The position numbers were made by a program, and so were the translations under genes. A stretch of DNA of 63,673 nt, filler included, from Saprolegnia diclina VS20 (Eukaryota), in NCBI RefSeq assembly GCF_000281045.1. It is 4 parts of one record of this genome, joined end to end, with 100 filler letters (N's around TTAATTAATTAA, not from the genome) between each part and the next. Parts side by side here need not be neighbours in the genome. Positions count along the whole stretch, not along the records: positions 41,666 to 63,673 come from NW_008246072.1; 3 more parts are not named here. One strand, written 5' to 3'. Positions 45,047 through 56,800 of the stretch are shown here, piece after piece. A model generated the notes under the pieces. The model worked only from the letters and a program-made list of their open reading frames with translations, was not told the origin of the DNA and ran no database searches. Position 1 is the first letter of the stretch, and each line of letters starts with the position of its first letter.

Positions 45047-46963
45047 ATGAAGCACGCGACGTCGAAACCTGCGGCGGCGGCGTCGCCCGAGACGCCCGCA
45101 TCGACCTCCTGGACGGCGCACGTGCTCATTCACTACCGCTGGGTGTTTGTGTGCTTCTTCCTCCTCCCGCTCTCGTTCCTCTACGACGTTGCGTACTTTG
45201 TCCGGAGCCGCGTCATCTTTTACCTTAACTCGGCGCCGCACCAGCACAAGAGCCGCGTCGCTATCGTCCAGCGCCAGGTACGCGCCCCTACACAGCGACG
45301 CCGTCTAAGCAAGTTGGCGCAGGTGCGGCAATGGATTGCGACTGGGCGGGCGATGCCCATGTGCACGGCGCGGCCGGGCTGGCAAAACATCTCGTACCGT
45401 CGCGGCAAGTACAAGAAGACGCACTTTAACGTCAAAGTCGACATGATGGACATTCTCGAAGTCAACACGTCGACCAAGGTAAAGAGACAAGGTCTCGGAT
45501 GCAGATCTTACGGACGCGTAGACGGTGCGCGTCGAGCCGCTCGTGACCATGGGCCAGCTCTCGGCGACGCTCAACCCGCTTGGGTGGACGCTCCCGATCA
45601 TGCCAGAGCTTGACGACCTCACTGTTGGTACGGTCCGTGCAGCTTTGGCCGTGATGTCTCAATGTGGTACTAGGCGGCCTCGTCATGGGCACGGGCATCG
45701 AGACATCGTCGCACCGCCACGGTTTGTTCCAGCACATTTGCAAGTCGTACGAGCTCGTGCTTGCTGACGGTTCGGTCGTCACGTGCTCGAAAGAGTCGAA
45801 CGCCGACCTCTTCTACGCCGTGCCCTGGTCCTACGGCACGCTCGGCCTCCTCACGGCGGTCGAAATCGAAATCATTCCGTGCCTCCCGTACAAGCCTCAA
45901 TCGTACTTGCCTCTAAGAACTCATCACTCTCGCATTTAGCTACGTCAAGATCGAGTACACGCCCGTGACGTCGCTCGACGAAGCGTGCCGCGTCTTTGAG
46001 CAAAAGAGCAAGTCGGTCGACCACCACTTTGTGGAGGCGCTCATGTTCTCGCTCGAGACGGGTGTTGTCATGACCGGGTCCATGACAGCGTCATACGAAC
46101 CGACCAAGGTACGAAATGACACTGCTCTCCCAGCCAAGGTCGCAATGTAGCTCAATGCGATTGGTACGTGGCACAAGCCGTGGTTCTTCAAGCACGTCGA
46201 GGGTATTCTGGCCAAGAAGAGAGCTGTGACCGAGTATATTCCTCTGCGCGACTACTACCACCGCCACTCGCGCAGCATCTTTTGGGAGCTCCAGGTACGC
46301 TGCACACTATTTTTTTGCGTTTTTGACGTGTCAAAGGACATTATTCCGTTTGGCAACAACATTGTCTTTCGGTACCTCCTCGGCTGGCTCGTGCCGCCCA
46401 AGGTGTCGCTCCTCAAGCTCACGCAAGGCAACGCGATCAAGCAGCTGTACGACAACCACCACTTTATCCAAGACATGCTCGTGCCCCTCTCGACCCTCGA
46501 GCCCTCGCTGCGGTGCTTTCATGACAACGTCCAGGTACTCGGACATGTCCTTGTTTACAAATCTCAAGCGGCGCAAATCTACAGATCTACCCGCTGTGGC
46601 TCTGCCCGTTCAAGCTCCCAAAGGAGCCCGGCATGCTCCAGACCAATTCGCAGGACGAGCTTTTTGTCGATATTGGCGCCTACGGTGTGCCGCAAGTCGA
46701 CCATTTCCGCCCGATCGAGACCACCCGCCGTGTCGAAGAGTTTGTGCGCGGCGTCTCGGGGTACGTTGAGATTCAGATTCAGATTCGCATATCTCAGTCA
46801 TGCCCGTAGCTTTCAAATGCTGTATGCCGACTCGTACATGACCGAGCCTGAGTTTGAAGCCATGTTTGACCACACGTTGTACAAGAAAATGCGCGTCGAG
46901 CTCCAATGCGACGGCGCGTTCCCAACTGTTTACGGCAAAGTTGCACGCGCGGTCCGTGACTAG
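45047..46963 (+). CDS. DHCR24: Delta(24)-sterol reductase (FAD-linked; DIMINUTO/DWF1); multi-exon
   Basis: [94 protein letters not shown]. Confidence 0.96.
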
Positions 46964-47027
46964 AAACACCCATACATGAATCAAAATGTAGACTTGTTCA
47001 TTGCGCCGTTAAGTCGTGCGGGCGTTC

Positions 47028-49391
47028 CTACGTAGAGCGCAGGTAGACCCAGCCGCCGTCGACCACAAGCGGCGACTCACAGCGGTGGGCCATAGCCATG
47101 TAGAGCGCAAAGGCGCGGCTGAGGCCGTCGTCCATCGCGCACGCCTTGAGCGTGGCGACGGCGGCGGCAGGGTCCAGGCGGCTCTGGTTCACCGCCAAGA
47201 GCGACGCCCATGCGTTCGTGGGAGCCAGCGAGAGCTTGCCGAGGATCTGGTGCCACTCTTCGGCGACAAAGGTCGGCGTCCGGACGTACTCAAGCATCGG
47301 CGTCACGGGCAGCATCTGGATGCCGTGGATGCACTCGCGGTTGGGGCTGAACCACGTGGCGTAGTCGGCCTTGTTGTCAAAGAGGATGCCGCTGACCTTG
47401 TTCTTGCGGAACGCCGGCGGGTGCGTCACGTTGTCGTCCGCAATCAGAAAGTACGTCTGGTGCGACAAGGCCACGAGCTTGAGCAAAAGGCGCGTGAGCG
47501 CGCAGAGTCTACGCCAATACTGCATGAGAAAATAGTATCAATGTATCGAGCGCGCACGGTGCGTTCTGGGTCGCGGTCGCAAAGAGGTGCGCGCCGTAGA
47601 AAAAGTTGAGTTCCTCCGACGTGCTCTCTTCGTCCTTGCCGTCGACCATCGGCGTCACGCCGTGCGAGTACGAGTGGCCGAGGAACCAATCAAAGTTGCG
47701 GAAAGTCGCAAAGTACACGTCGTCGCGAGACGGGTTGAGCGTGTCTCGGAGCAGCGTCTCGACAAAGCGGTGCAGACGCGACGTCTTGTCCACCCAGCTC
47801 GGGTCCAAGTGGTATGCGATCGCCACCGCTAGCACGCTTGGTGTGCATATATCTCGAGTCGACGTTGTACCTGTGATAAAGTAGCCGTAGTGGTAGTGGT
47901 GGTCGTTGTACACTGCGTTGCCTACATATTTTCTTGAGCCCCGAGGCCACGAGAGAAGTTACGTACCAAACTCGACGTTGATGTCGTGCTTCATGAACGC
48001 TTCCGAGGACACGATACCGCCGTAGACTAGCTTGCCAAAATGAAAATCCCATGTACATATCGATATCCCATACCAGTGTCGTACACGAGCGGGTACGTGC
48101 TCGCGTTCTCGCCCACGTTAGAGAGCAGCGCCTTGAACTTGGTCAAGGCTGCCGCTGCGAGCCCACCGAGCTCGGGACGCGACGTGGCGAGGTCGGCGGC
48201 CACGACGCAGAGGCTGCCGTACTTTTGAAGCGCCTTACCCTTGAAGTAATAGCTCGGTGGGAGCGACCACTCACCGTGGATCTCGTCCGTGAGGATTTGC
48301 ACGAGGCCGTGGGCTGTCACGTCGGCGGGCGACGGGCGCATGGGCGGCAGTAGGCCTGTAAACAGGTCCAACTTGGCGTCTTCGGTCGCGGGAAACACCA
48401 GCGTCCACTCGTTTGACGCTGGCACGACGTGCGCGCGCATGGGGCCGCGCGAGTGGGCAAAGAGGCTCAAGGACGGAATTGCCTCGGCGCTCTGCAGCAG
48501 CGCTTCGTGGTGCGTGAGCGCAAAGTGTACAAAGGTTCGCGTCGGCGCTCCGACGTGGGCCACGTTGAAGGTGTACGCAAAGGCATGCGCGCTCTCGACG
48601 CGAAGCGTGACGCCGTTGACAAACGAGCCGGCGCAGGCCGCGTAAAGCGCTAGCACGTCGTCGGTCGGAACAAAGGCCGCTTGCACAACACCCGAGAACG
48701 GCGTCGTCGACGAGAACGACTGCGTGGCGACGTCAAAGGCAATGACGACGTTGGTCGACGATGCCGACGTCCACGCGACGAACCACCGTTGATCGTTGTT
48801 GAGCGTCACAACCATGCTGTTGGTCTTGACGTCGGCGCGGCCTACGAGCTGGCGGTCTCTGGCTGGCTGGCCGTCGATGGACACAAACGCGTGCTCGGAC
48901 CCGAGTCGGAACGCCAGATTCGTGTACGAGAGCGACGTGAAGGCCTGGCCGAGGCTTTGGTATGAGCGCAGGGACGCGTCGCCCGCCGCAAAGGCGATCT
49001 GCACGCCAAAGTCGTCCCAGCGCTCGACTTGGAAGCGCGGCGCGGCGGCAAACAGGCCACAGAACTGCAGGTTCTCGACGCGTGGCGTAAAGTAGTACTT
49101 GATCGCGCCGTTCTCGTTGAGCGGGCCGTGGTGGACGTACTGGTGCAAGTAGCTGCACGCGATGGAGCCCGCCTTCTTCCGGATGAAGACGGCGTACGGG
49201 CTCGGGTAGATCGGGTCGATGTCATGGGACCCATTGTCCGAGAGGAGGTTGCCCCACCAATTGTTCGTCGGGACAACCAGCGGCATGTTGGAGACGACGC
49301 TCGTCGGCGAGATGAACTGGCGAAGCGCGTCCGTGCTCTTGAAGAGCGCTGGGTCCGGCGGCGCCGTCGCATGTGGCTGGAGCGGTAGCAT
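47028..49391 (-). CDS. GH81 endo-1,3(4)-beta-glucanase; multi-exon; no obvious signal peptide
   Basis: PTNNWWGNL; YNDHHYHYGYF; FRNFDWFLGHSYSHG...GKDEESTSE; YATWF...IHGIQMLPVTP. Confidence 0.92.
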
Positions 49392-49838
49392 CTTGCCCGG
49401 ATATTGGAATGTGCAAGATCTCCATAAAACGAGGCGAGGCCATTGGATATAAAACAGCCAATAGCATAGCCGTATTCCATTTTCGCTTCAAGCCGGAATC
49501 AGGCGCCAGAGGCTCTGCTGCGGGCTCCCGCTCCGCCGTCTTGGCGGTGAGAATCTGCATGTGGCGTTGCTTGAGCTAAGCTAAGCTTAGTTGTTGCCTC
49601 AAAAGTCACTACAAACACACGAGTCACGCGACCATCTTCTAGCACTCGACAGTCTAGCCGCCATCGTTCAGACGTACGCTAGACAAAGCTGCCTACACCC
49701 TCGAGACACTCGGCTTGTACTAAAGCTCTGGATGCTGTCGTCCAGGGTTATTTAACAAAACCAAGCCCGAGGTCGAGGTTTGGGGCAAATGAAATTCACA
49801 TTACCGACCCGTTTCTTGCAGCTGAAACGGACCATATC

Positions 49839-52800
49839 ATGACGACGCCGAGCCGAGAACGGACGGCGCGGAAGCTGCTCCAGCAACCATCGCACCACCC
49901 ACCGGTTGGATCAAGCGCTGCCAAGCGCCTCATGTACGAGAAGCAACGCGAAGACGGATGGAACAACCACTTCCTCGAGCCTCTCGTCCACGACAAGGTG
50001 CGTGTACCAGCCATGACGATCTCGTAAGTGGCGTAATTAGCCACGGGTTGAGCCTCGGCCACCACCACCAAAGCCACCGAATTCCCGACAATTCTCCGAG
50101 TACCCGTCGTCGCGCAAGCAGCGCAAGACGCATTTGCCCCGCAAGACGCCACCTAACGTTCGCTTGCAACCGCTGACGCCAAGTCCGCTCATGGCAAGCC
50201 CCCGTGCCCCCGTGGTACTCGGCGCTGAGCGTCCCTTGGCGGCTGACACTAAATTCGCAGGCAAAGTCACCCGAGAAGAGCGATACGCTTCGGCTCAAAG
50301 CCATCACCGCGATCGAGTACCGCGAGAATATCATCAAGCAGCTGCACACGATCCTCGCCGACGTACCCACGTCGCCGTCGCGCCACCGCGGCGCCAAAAC
50401 GATCACGACGACGCAGCGAGACGCAGTTGCTAGCGTGCTCCGCGAGGTCTGGTTTTGCGTATCCTAAGATCCTCAGCAAACGCGTGTAGATGGTCCTGGA
50501 GCTTCAAATGGCCGGCATCCGCGTCGTCGAGGCCATCGTCGCGTGGGTGCTGCTCGTGGGTAAATCGGCGCCGTTGCCCCCAGTCTTTCTCTGGCACGAC
50601 GCCAACTACTTTGTGACGATGCACAGCGACATGGACTTCCTCGGCGACGCCCTCAACGAGCGCGGCCTCAGCTGCGTCGTCGGCGCCAAGAGCACTCGGC
50701 AGAACCCGCTGCTCATCGAGCCCAATCAGCGACTCGGTCGAGTCTACGCCGCCCAGTCGATCATCACCGAGATGGTCGAGATGAGCCTCGTCTCGGCGCG
50801 CACCAACGCTTCGCCGGACGACGAGAGTGCGCTCACGTTGCTGACAAAGGACGAGCCCGTCGCGTGTAGTGAGGTGGCGATGGACGCGTCCACGGCAGAC
50901 GTCGAGATCGAGCCCATCGATGAACCCACGGGCGAGCAACCCACGGACGAGCCGCACGACGAAGCCGCGTCTGACACAGAAGAAGAGGCCGAGGAAGCGC
51001 ACGTCTTTGCTAGCCAGGATCCCGTGCATCTTGAGAATGAAAGCAGCGGCTTGCCGTGCTCAGAGGAAGACGTTGGGAGCCATCCGAGCTTGGAAGCTCA
51101 AACCAAGGACGACGAGCCCCACGACGCCAACGACGACGAGAACTATGCAGACGACGATTTCGACGCGCACGACAACCAAGAAAAACCAACTGTGGATGAC
51201 GCGCCAGTGGATGCGGCGACAGACGAGCCCCCGCCCGAGTCGAGCAATGACTTTCGAATACCGGCCTGGCAGAACGCATGGCTTGCCGTCGGAATTTCGT
51301 CGAGCATCGTCGAGATGGCGGCAGCTACGTGCACCGGAGCGCCCTCTCAACCGTTCTGGGTCGAAGCAACCGATGTCTTTCCGGAACTGGCGTCGACGAT
51401 GCTGACGGCGACGCCTCCTGGCGACCAACATATCCTCTTTGGTGCACTTTTGGCATCCGTCGACGCGGCCGCGATGCCAGTCGTCAACTGTCTCGAAGCC
51501 AAATTGTCGGAAACGGTGGATCCTGACAATTACGAGGACACTCTGGAGGCGCTGCGTGACGCTATGGACAGTGCGTGGGCTCCACCATCGGAGACCCAGA
51601 GTGCGCTCGACCTTCTAACAGCTCTTTTTGACGCCAAAGCTGCCCTGCCTCCGTCATCGATGGTGTCCAAGCTCGCGCACCTCGTGTTCCCATACTTGAT
51701 GGCCGCGCCACGCGCCGAGTTGTCGGATTTGTGCCGAGCAACGCTCGAGGCCACGGCGCCAATTGCGACGCGTCCGTTTCTCTGGGACGCGACGGCTAAA
51801 GTCGTGCTTCTCATGGCGTCCGTTCAGCCGCCAACGCGGGAGCTCTCGAACCTCAAGTTCGTTGTCGACCGCCGTGCGATGCTCGCCTCGACAACCACCG
51901 CGTTGCAAGATCACGACGGCTCGTGGCAAGCCCTTTTCCCCTTCTTTGCAAGCGAGAGCGGCGAGAAGTTCGTGAATCTCCAGCGCGTCGAGGCCGGCGA
52001 GGGCCGTGGTCCACTGAAAGAGTGGTTTGCCCTTGTCTCGGAAGCCTGGGCAGCGCCGTTTGTCGCTGTTTTCAGCGGCGACGAGGGATCTATCTCGGTC
52101 GACGGCCGGCGTCTCACAGCGCCGCCATCCTACTTGGTGTCGCGCGGCGTTCGACCTGGGTGGCGCCTATGCCTCCAGGCGCAGTCCACATTTGATATCG
52201 TGAGTGTGACCCAAGATCAAGCAACCATCGATCCACCGTGGCCTCGTGACGAGGTATCTTTAACGCATACGGATGTCGCATGGCTGGCCCCGACGGTACC
52301 GCTCTTCAAGTACGTTCTGGCATCGGAGAGCTACTGGTTCAATGAGCACGCTGTCCCGAGCCCCGACCACAACACTGCGCTCGCCCTCGTCGGCTGGGTT
52401 CTCGCCATGGCGCTTCTGCACCAAAGCACAATCTCGCTACGCCTGCACACGGCCGTCTTTTGCTGTCTGCTCTACGAGACACCACCCGACCGCCACCTCT
52501 TTGAAGCCGTGGACCCCGCACTTGCGGACGCTTGGCGTGCGCTACACTCGCTGCCCAACTTTGCCGCCGTCCTCGAGATGGACGGGCTTGTCCCCGATAC
52601 AAATGTCGACGCTTACATTGAGATTCTTGTGCAAGAGAAGGCGGTCGCGATCGAGTGGCAGCTCAATGAGCTCCGTCGAGGCTTCTACCACGCCATGCCA
52701 AAGGCGTTTGCATCTTGCGCGTTCACCGGCGCTCAGCTGCAGCACGCGGTGTGCGGTCCACCCCCGAGGTACACATGTGTGTCTCTGGGCAGATGCGCAT

Positions 52801-53565
52801 GATCAAGCGTAGCGAGACATTTATGGTCCGCGACATCTTCAAGGTCGTTACGGACGACGCGATTCCCCAAGCCATGCGAACGGCGTTTTGGTGCGTCGTC
52901 GATGGCTTGGCGGCCGCGGAGAAGCGCGCATTCGTCAAGTTTGTCACGGGCGTCGAGGCATTGCCGCCACCGCAGACTGAGGTACGACGCGCCAAATGAC
53001 ACGGTCTGCACGTTGGCGTCGTAGCTGCTTCGACTCGAAATGCCGTGGCCCGTGGCGACGGCGCAAGAGAAGGATCAAGTCGTGAAGCGGCTTCCCCAAG
53101 CCCACGTACACCTTATCTACATGCAATGTAGTCGGCAGTGACACGAGATAGACGTGCGAGAATACGCTTGAGCTTCCCAACTACCTCGCTGGCCTCGACG
53201 GCGTACCAGAAACCGAGCTCCCAGACACATTGGCGACGCTGCTGCGAGACAAGCTTCTCTACGCCATCCAGCACGGTTGCGGCTTTGATCTGGACGTGGC
53301 GGGGTCTATAGCTCCTGCAACCACACTGGAGGACCAAGGCGCCGACGAGTCCAGTGACTCGATGGAGCTGCCGACGCTCGCGGTCGACGAGAGTGCAACC
53401 GACATACCTCTGCTACAATCGGACGCACAACCCTCCTCGGAAGAACAACCGACCAGCACTCGCAACGACACAGCGGACGTCGCCCTTCAGCCCGAGCACG
53501 CGAGGGCTAGCGACGAGCACGACGACGAGTACAGCTTTGAGGACTTCGACGATGACGCCGTGTAA
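49839..53565 (+). CDS. HECT-domain E3 ubiquitin ligase (divergent); multi-exon
   Basis: EAGEGRGPLKEWFALV; QLNELRRGFY; FWCVVDGL..AEKRAFVKFVTG; spliced RLPQAH|TCENTLELPNY with catalytic Cys. Confidence 0.85.
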
Positions 53566-53887
53566 ATAGACAAGGGCGTTGTTATCGCTGAGAGTTTTGG
53601 CGCTTGGACCTTCCATCCACCGTGTTCATGGCTGGTGTCAAAGCCATGTGAGTGATGGTGGACGGGCGCGGCCGTGGCGCCAACGTCAAGCGCCCGGTTG
53701 AACAGTGCTGGAAAGTGTGATTGGCCAGCTGGTCATCCTTCCGGAATTATCATCACCTTTTTGGCCTCAAGATCTCCATACCGGTGGGATAAAGCCTTTT
53801 TAAGCAACGAAATCAGGCTTTAGCCTGGACAAAGGCGCCCAGTTGCTTACCACTGCTTTCGACTCAATCAAATTGCGGTTGGTGACG

Positions 53888-56800
53888 ATGAGCATCCCCA
53901 TGGACGACGATGCGAGCGTCTTTGAGAAGCTGCTCGATGAGATCTGCTACCGCCCGTCGGCCTCGACGATCCCCGCCCACATGGTACGTCAACCTCGCCA
54001 TGCGTATGCTCATGGTGCTCCGTAGGCCTCGTGCGTCGAGAGCTTCCAAGTCGCGCCGACGGTCAAGAAGACGGCCAACCAGCTCCTGAGCACCGTGTCG
54101 CGCTGCCAGCATCGGCTGAGCGCCAAGCACCTCCTTGCGCTCCTTGGCATGTTTGTCGCTGCGGACGATAGCTTTGCGACTGCGTTCGCCGAGCGCGTCG
54201 TGGCCCGTGCCAAGAGCTTCGTGTACCTTTTCCCGACGGCGCGGACAACGCTCGTGCGCATGGTCGCCCTCGTGCTCGCGGCCCCGACCTTTGACACAGC
54301 TGGCCTCAACGGCCTCGTGCAGGCGCAGTGCATCATCCTCGAAGCCAACCGCGCGTTCCCCGAGACGCACGCAGCGCTGCACAAGGCCATCGTGCCGCTC
54401 TGCAAGACCCGCCCCGAGATCCGCGCGGCGTACGTCGCCCTTGCGACCGCGACGACGGGCGATGCCAAGTTCCTTCTCGCGCGTCTTCTCCTCGAGGTAT
54501 CTCCGGACGGAAACTCTACGGTGCTAAAGCTGTCTAGGCCTTTCTCCCGACCTTCTCGGCCGACGAGCACGCGCTCTGGCTCGGAAGCTACGTCCATCAG
54601 GCGCTCGAGGCCAAGGTCCGCCCGACGCACGCCGACCTCGACGCGTACGCTTCGCTGACTGCGACGCTGACTGCCGCCGACTTTGAGGCGACGATCTCGC
54701 CCGTGCTCTCGCGCATGCTCAAGCGGTCGCCCGACTCGCTCCTGGACGCGACCGTGGCCATTGTCCGCGCGCTCCCGACCAAGATTGACCTCAGCGCGTA
54801 TGTCGGTTCGATCTTTGGCGCGCTCTTCCCCGCCAAGCTCAAGTCGGTCAAGGACGACGTGCGTGAGGCGTGCATCCAGCTGCTCGCGGCCGTCGTTGCG
54901 CGCTGCAGTGACGCGACCGCCGTCACGTCCATTGTGGCGGACCTCGTGGGCCTCCTCGACGGCAAGTTTGGCCTCTTGGCGCAGTTCTACATGCGCGACG
55001 CAGTCTTCCAGAGCCTTTTGCATGTCGCCTCGGTTGTGGGCAAGACGCTCGGGTCCACGGCCGCGCGCTTGCTTGCGTCGGACCTCGTGCTGCCTGGCAT
55101 CCCCAAGGCCATCGCCAAGGAAGCCAACGACGTCGTGCGCAACACGGCGCTCTGGACGCTCGGCCAGTGGCTCTCGCTGCACACGCCGTCGACATTGGCT
55201 CTCTCTCGCGAGATCCAAACGCTCTTTGAGACAGGCCTTGCGAGCAAGACGGAGGCCGTCGTCGTCGCGTACGCGCGGTCGCTCGTTGTCGTCTCACGCA
55301 CGCACCCCGAGATCCTCGTGCCATTGGCGCCGCGCCTCGCCAGCGTCGTTGCCGAAGCGCAAAAGAAGCCCAACGTCGCGCACCTCGACGGCGTTCTCGC
55401 GCTTGTGGCGCTCACCAACATTGGCCTTTCGGCGCCCGAGGTCCACGACGTGAACGCGCTCTTGTCGGCCACGACGTTCTTCAAGACGTCGGTGGTGCTC
55501 CTCGGCCAGCAGCTCCAGCTTGGCGCGAGCCTCGAGTCGCCTGACGAGACTGCGCTCAAGGGGGTCGGCGAGACACTCGTTCGCGTCTGGCGCGAGGTAC
55601 CACTCGAGTTTCCACTGTTTGCATCTCACACTGAAACTAGGCGCCGCAATCGGACGACGTGTCGAGTCTGTCGCTGCTCGTGGGGCTTCTCCACCACCGC
55701 GTTGCGAGCGTGCGCGACCACTGCGAAAAGCACGTGCGCGAGCTCGTCGCGGACCAGCTCTGGACCGCCCAGCCGCTTCTCGAGGCGTTTGCGCAGGCTC
55801 TTTTGACGCTGACGCCGTGGTCGGCCAAGCGCGCGACGGACGACGCCGACGCGACTGTCTACAATGCGCCGTCGACGCAGTCGTCGCTCGCCGGTATCCT
55901 CCGCCGCAACCTGCGCGCGATCGTGCCGGCACGTCTCTTGCCCGAGACGCACGAAGCCGAGATCGTTGCGCTCTTCCCGCGCCTTCTCGTGCTCTCGCAC
56001 CACCCGCTCGTCGTGCACGGCGCGCGCAAGGACGCCTTTGCGAGCGAGTGGACGCGCCTCAAGGCCCGCTTCGTCTCGGAAGCCGACCTCGCGCCGCCGG
56101 CCGCCAAGGCGCCCAAGGACGAAAACGACGACGACGACGATGAAGAGGACGACGATGAGATGGTGCCCACGGTGCACGACCACGTTGACGATCTCTTCTA
56201 CTCGGTGCCGGGTCTCACGGACGCCACGGTCGCGTACCTCGAGGCCAAGCTCTACGCTGCGTCGCGCCTCGAGCGTGTGAGCGCCCAGCGTGCGCTTGTG
56301 ACGCTTCTCGAGTTTGCCGGCAACGGCTTGGGCGAAGCGCTCGTCTTGAGCAACCTTATCCAGTCGCACGTGGCCACGACGCTCGAGACGCCTGCGATCG
56401 CCAATGTCTCGGACGACGACGTTGACATTTACTGCACGCCGGACGACACGCTGTACACCAAGGCCAAGAAGAAGGCCGACAACGTGCCTCGTCACCGCGG
56501 CCGCGGCACCGAGGACGAGCGCTGGGAGGCGCAGGTCCGCGAGGAGCTCGCGCGGAAGCGCGCCGCCGACCCGAACGCGACGGCCAAGAAGGTCAAGTAC
56601 ACCAAGGAAGAGCTCGAGACGCTTCAGCAGCAGAAGGAACTGCGCGGCCGCCTGCGCGAGGCCAAGCACCTCGTCGCGTGTACGGACGAGCTCCTCGCGT
56701 TTGTCGCGCGCGCGACGCCCGAGGCGTTCCAACCGGCGCTGCCGCACTTGGTGGCGCCGATTTTGGCGCTGCTGCCGAGCCCGATGTTTGCGGACTTTGC

